NCBI GenBank assembly: GCA_964555565.1
Contig: CAZKTF010000004.1
Span: forward strand, 1 to 44,828
Direction: 5' to 3'
From: an uncultured Planctomycetota bacterium
GTDB lineage: Bacteria > Planctomycetota > JAJSAM01 > JAKLKS01
DNA length: 44,828 bases
The position numbers were made by a program, and so were the translations under genes. Shown here in pieces: positions 42,985 through 44,828 of the stretch. The notes below the pieces were generated by a model that saw only the letters and a program-made list of their open reading frames with translations, made no database searches and was not told the origin of the DNA. Position 1 is the first letter of the stretch. Each line of letters opens with the position of its first letter.

Positions 42985-44828
42985 CTACCCCACCGCCTTG
43001 CTGCTCGCCCGGAGCCGCCGCGCCGCGCCCCCCGTCGCCTCCTCCCGCGCCGCCGGGCCCGCCGCCGAGGCGGCCACGCTCGTGAGGGCCACCATGTTCA
43101 CGATCTCGGAGACCGAGGAGTAGTGGTTGAGGACGTTCACGGGCTGCGCGAGCCCCATGAGGAGCGGCCCGATCACCTCGGCGTCGGCCAGCCGCTGGGC
43201 GATCTTGTAGGCGATGTTGCCGGACTGGAGGTCCGGGAAGATGAGGACGTTCGCGTCCCCCCGGATGCGGGAGAACGGGAAGGCGGTCTCCACGATCTCG
43301 GGGACGAGCGCCGTGTCGGCCGCCATCTCCCCGTCGATGACGAGCGTCGGGTCCGCCGCGGTCGCCAGGCGCACCGCGTCCGCAACCTTCCGCGCGCGCG
43401 GGTCGTCCACCGACCCGAAGTTGCTGAAGGAGAGCATGGCGATGCGCGGCTCGGTGTCGAAGAGCGCCCGGACCGTCTTCCCGGAGAGGACGGCGATCTC
43501 GGCCAGCGTCTCCGCGTCGGGCTCGATGTTCACCGTGGCGTCGGCGAAGAACAGGACGCGGCGGCGGAGCACGACCAGGTACATCCCGGCCACCCTCCGG
43601 ACCCCGGGGGCCAGCCGGAGGATCTCCAGGGCGGGCCGGATCGTGTCGGGGTAGGAGCGGTTCAGGCCGCAGACGAGCCCGTCGGCCCTCCCGCTCTCCA
43701 CGAGGAGGATCCCGTGGACCAGCGGGCGGCGGACCTGCTCCTGCGCCTTCCGCGGCGTCATCCCACGGCGGTTGCGCAGCTCGAGGAGCCGCTTCCCGAA
43801 GGCGGGGAGCGCGTCCGAGGAGGCGACGTCCACGACCTCCACGCCCGCGAGCCGGACCTTCAGCTCCGCCGCGCGCGCCCGGATCCGCGCCTCGTCGCCC
43901 ACGAGGACCGGCGTCGCGATCTCCTCCTCGGTCACGACCTGGCACGCGCGGAGGACCTTCTCCTCCTCCGCCTCGGGGAAGACCACCCGCTTGGGGGCGC
44001 GGCGCGCCTTGTGGAAGACGGCGCGCATCACCTCGCGCCCCTTGCCCCGGATCCGCTCCAGGCGCTCCCGGTAGGCGGCCAGGTCCGGCAGCGGGACGCG
44101 GGCCACTCCCGTCTCCATGGCGGCCTGCGCGACGGCCGGGGCCACCCACAGCAGGACGCGCGTGTCGAAGGGCTTCGGGATGATGTACTCGGGGCCGAAG
44201 CGCAGCTCCTGGCCGCCGTAGGCCTTCCGGACGTCGTCCGGGACGTCCTCCCGGGCCAGCGTCGCGAGCGCGCGGGCCGCCGCCATCTTCATCTCCTCGT
44301 TGATGGCGCGGGCCCGGACGTCGAGCGCCCCGCGGAAGATGAAGGGGAACCCCAGGACGTTGTTCACCTGGTTGGGGAAGTCCGAACGGCCCGTGGCCAC
44401 GATGGCGTCGTCGCGCACCTCGCGCACCTGCTCGGGCCGGATCTCCGGGTCGGGGTTCGCCATGGCGAAGATGATCGGCCTCTTCCCGAGGGAGCGGACC
44501 ATCTCCGGCGTGAGGAGGTCCTTCTTGCTCACGCCGACGAAGACGTCGGCCCCCCGGAGCGCGTCGGACAGGGTCCGGGCCTTCGTCTTCCGCGCGAAGC
44601 GGGACTTCCAGGGGTTCATGTCCTCCGCGCGTCCCTCGTAGAGGACCCCCTTGCTGTCGGTCATGAGGACGTTCTCGAGGCGCACCCCGGCCCTGAGGAA
44701 CATCTCGGCGCAGGCGATCCCGGCGGCCCCCGCCCCCGAGAAGACGACCTTCACGGCGTCCAGCCGCTTGCCCACGATCTCGACCGCGTTGAGGAGCCCC
44801 GCGGTCGAGATGATGGCGGTCCCGTGCT
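42985..44828 (-). CDS. maeB: NADP-dependent malic enzyme with C-terminal phosphotransacetylase-like domain (5' end outside window)
   Basis: VVFSGAGAAGIACAEM Rossmann motif, FANPDPEI-like AMANPDPEI, and a PTA-like C-terminal half. The frame stays open to the window edge (HGTAIISTAGLLNAVEIVGKRL), so the track start at 44775 is an internal GTG. Confidence 0.9.
   Translation of the reverse strand, partial: HGTAIISTAGLLNAVEIVGKRLDAVKVVFSGAGAAGIACAEMFLRAGVRLENVLMTDSKGVLYEGRAEDMNPWKSRFARKTKARTLSDALRGADVFVGVSKKDLLTPEMVRSLGKRPIIFAMANPDPEIRPEQVREVRDDAIVATGRSDFPNQVNNVLGFPFIFRGALDVRARAINEEMKMAAARALATLAREDVPDDVRKAYGGQELRFGPEYIIPKPFDTRVLLWVAPAVAQAAMETGVARVPLPDLAAYRERLERIRGKGREVMRAVFHKARRAPKRVVFPEAEEEKVLRACQVVTEEEIATPVLVGDEARIRARAAELKVRLAGVEVVDVASSDALPAFGKRLLELRNRRGMTPRKAQEQVRRPLVHGILLVESGRADGLVCGLNRSYPDTIRPALEILRLAPGVRRVAGMYLVVLRRRVLFFADATVNIEPDAETLAEIAVLSGKTVRALFDTEPRIAMLSFSNFGSVDDPRARKVADAVRLATAADPTLVIDGEMAADTALVPEIVETAFPFSRIRGDANVLIFPDLQSGNIAYKIAQRLADAEVIGPLLMGLAQPVNVLNHYSSVSEIVNMVALTSVAASAAGPAAREEATGGAARRLRASSKAVG

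Noticed and set aside
45-44641. Many long ORFs in alternative frames or antisense to the called genes. Examples: 45-947(-), 966-2120(-), 1556-2905(-), 3019-4839(-), 3459-5291(+), 5955-7190(+), 7254-8801(-), 9052-10341(-), 18797-20140(-), 21042-23222(-), 23053-24675(-), 25533-27188(-), 34562-36004(-), 38667-40685(-).
   Set aside because: Their translations are dominated by Arg/Pro/Gly/Ala with no recognisable motifs. Each overlaps a frame with a clear family signature. Stop codons are rare in all frames at this GC content, so length alone is not evidence of coding.
44773-44775. ORF-track start of the malic enzyme gene at 44775.
   Set aside because: The codon is an internal GTG (Val). The frame continues open to the window edge and encodes the conserved HGTAIISTAGLLNA segment, so the gene is truncated by the window.
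1-44828. CRISPR arrays, rRNA/tRNA genes, prophage or integrative-element genes, retron or DGR reverse transcriptases.
   Set aside because: I saw no regularly spaced direct repeats with unique spacers and no conserved RNA gene signatures. No ORF has recognisable integrase, transposase, reverse transcriptase, capsid or terminase motifs in any credible frame.

Overview
Very GC-rich (about three-quarters G+C by eye), tightly packed bacterial chromosome segment from a diderm organism (TonB-dependent receptor, beta-barrel OMP, sigma-54 activator, CHASE3 kinases). All calls rest on motif recognition in the supplied translations; no searches were run. I support 39 CDSs. One frame per locus has normal protein composition; the other long ORFs in the track are Arg/Pro/Gly/Ala-rich artefacts of the GC content. 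Content is mostly housekeeping: a cobalamin-riboswitch-controlled btuF-btuC-btuD-TonB receptor operon, uppP, an aminotransferase/phoA/ltaE/phosphomannomutase operon, larC, tgt, spoIID, ruvB, ubiE-ubiD-ubiX, holA-mutL, hpt, rhomboid and maeB (partial). I found no tRNA/rRNA, CRISPR array, transposase, integrase or phage gene. I cannot point to a clear-cut new multi-gene system. The best second-look items are: (1) a six-gene signalling cluster (18983-27230) bracketed by a 47/48-identical 48-nt inverted repeat, part of a hairpin repeat family with core CCCCGCCCGCCGTT that fills the few long spacers; (2) a TANNNT box 5-9 nt upstream of the start codon of about a dozen operon-first genes, suggesting widespread leaderless transcription; (3) an orphan eboA-like/TatD(eboB-like) pair next to a small-protein/nucleotidyltransferase cassette and a coupled SAM-hydrolase(DUF62)-larC pair; (4) a 104-nt G-run/C-run palindrome overlapping the ubiX 3' end, followed by three perfect TCTCCGTG repeats; (5) two tandem, translationally coupled secreted paralogs heading the ruvB operon.
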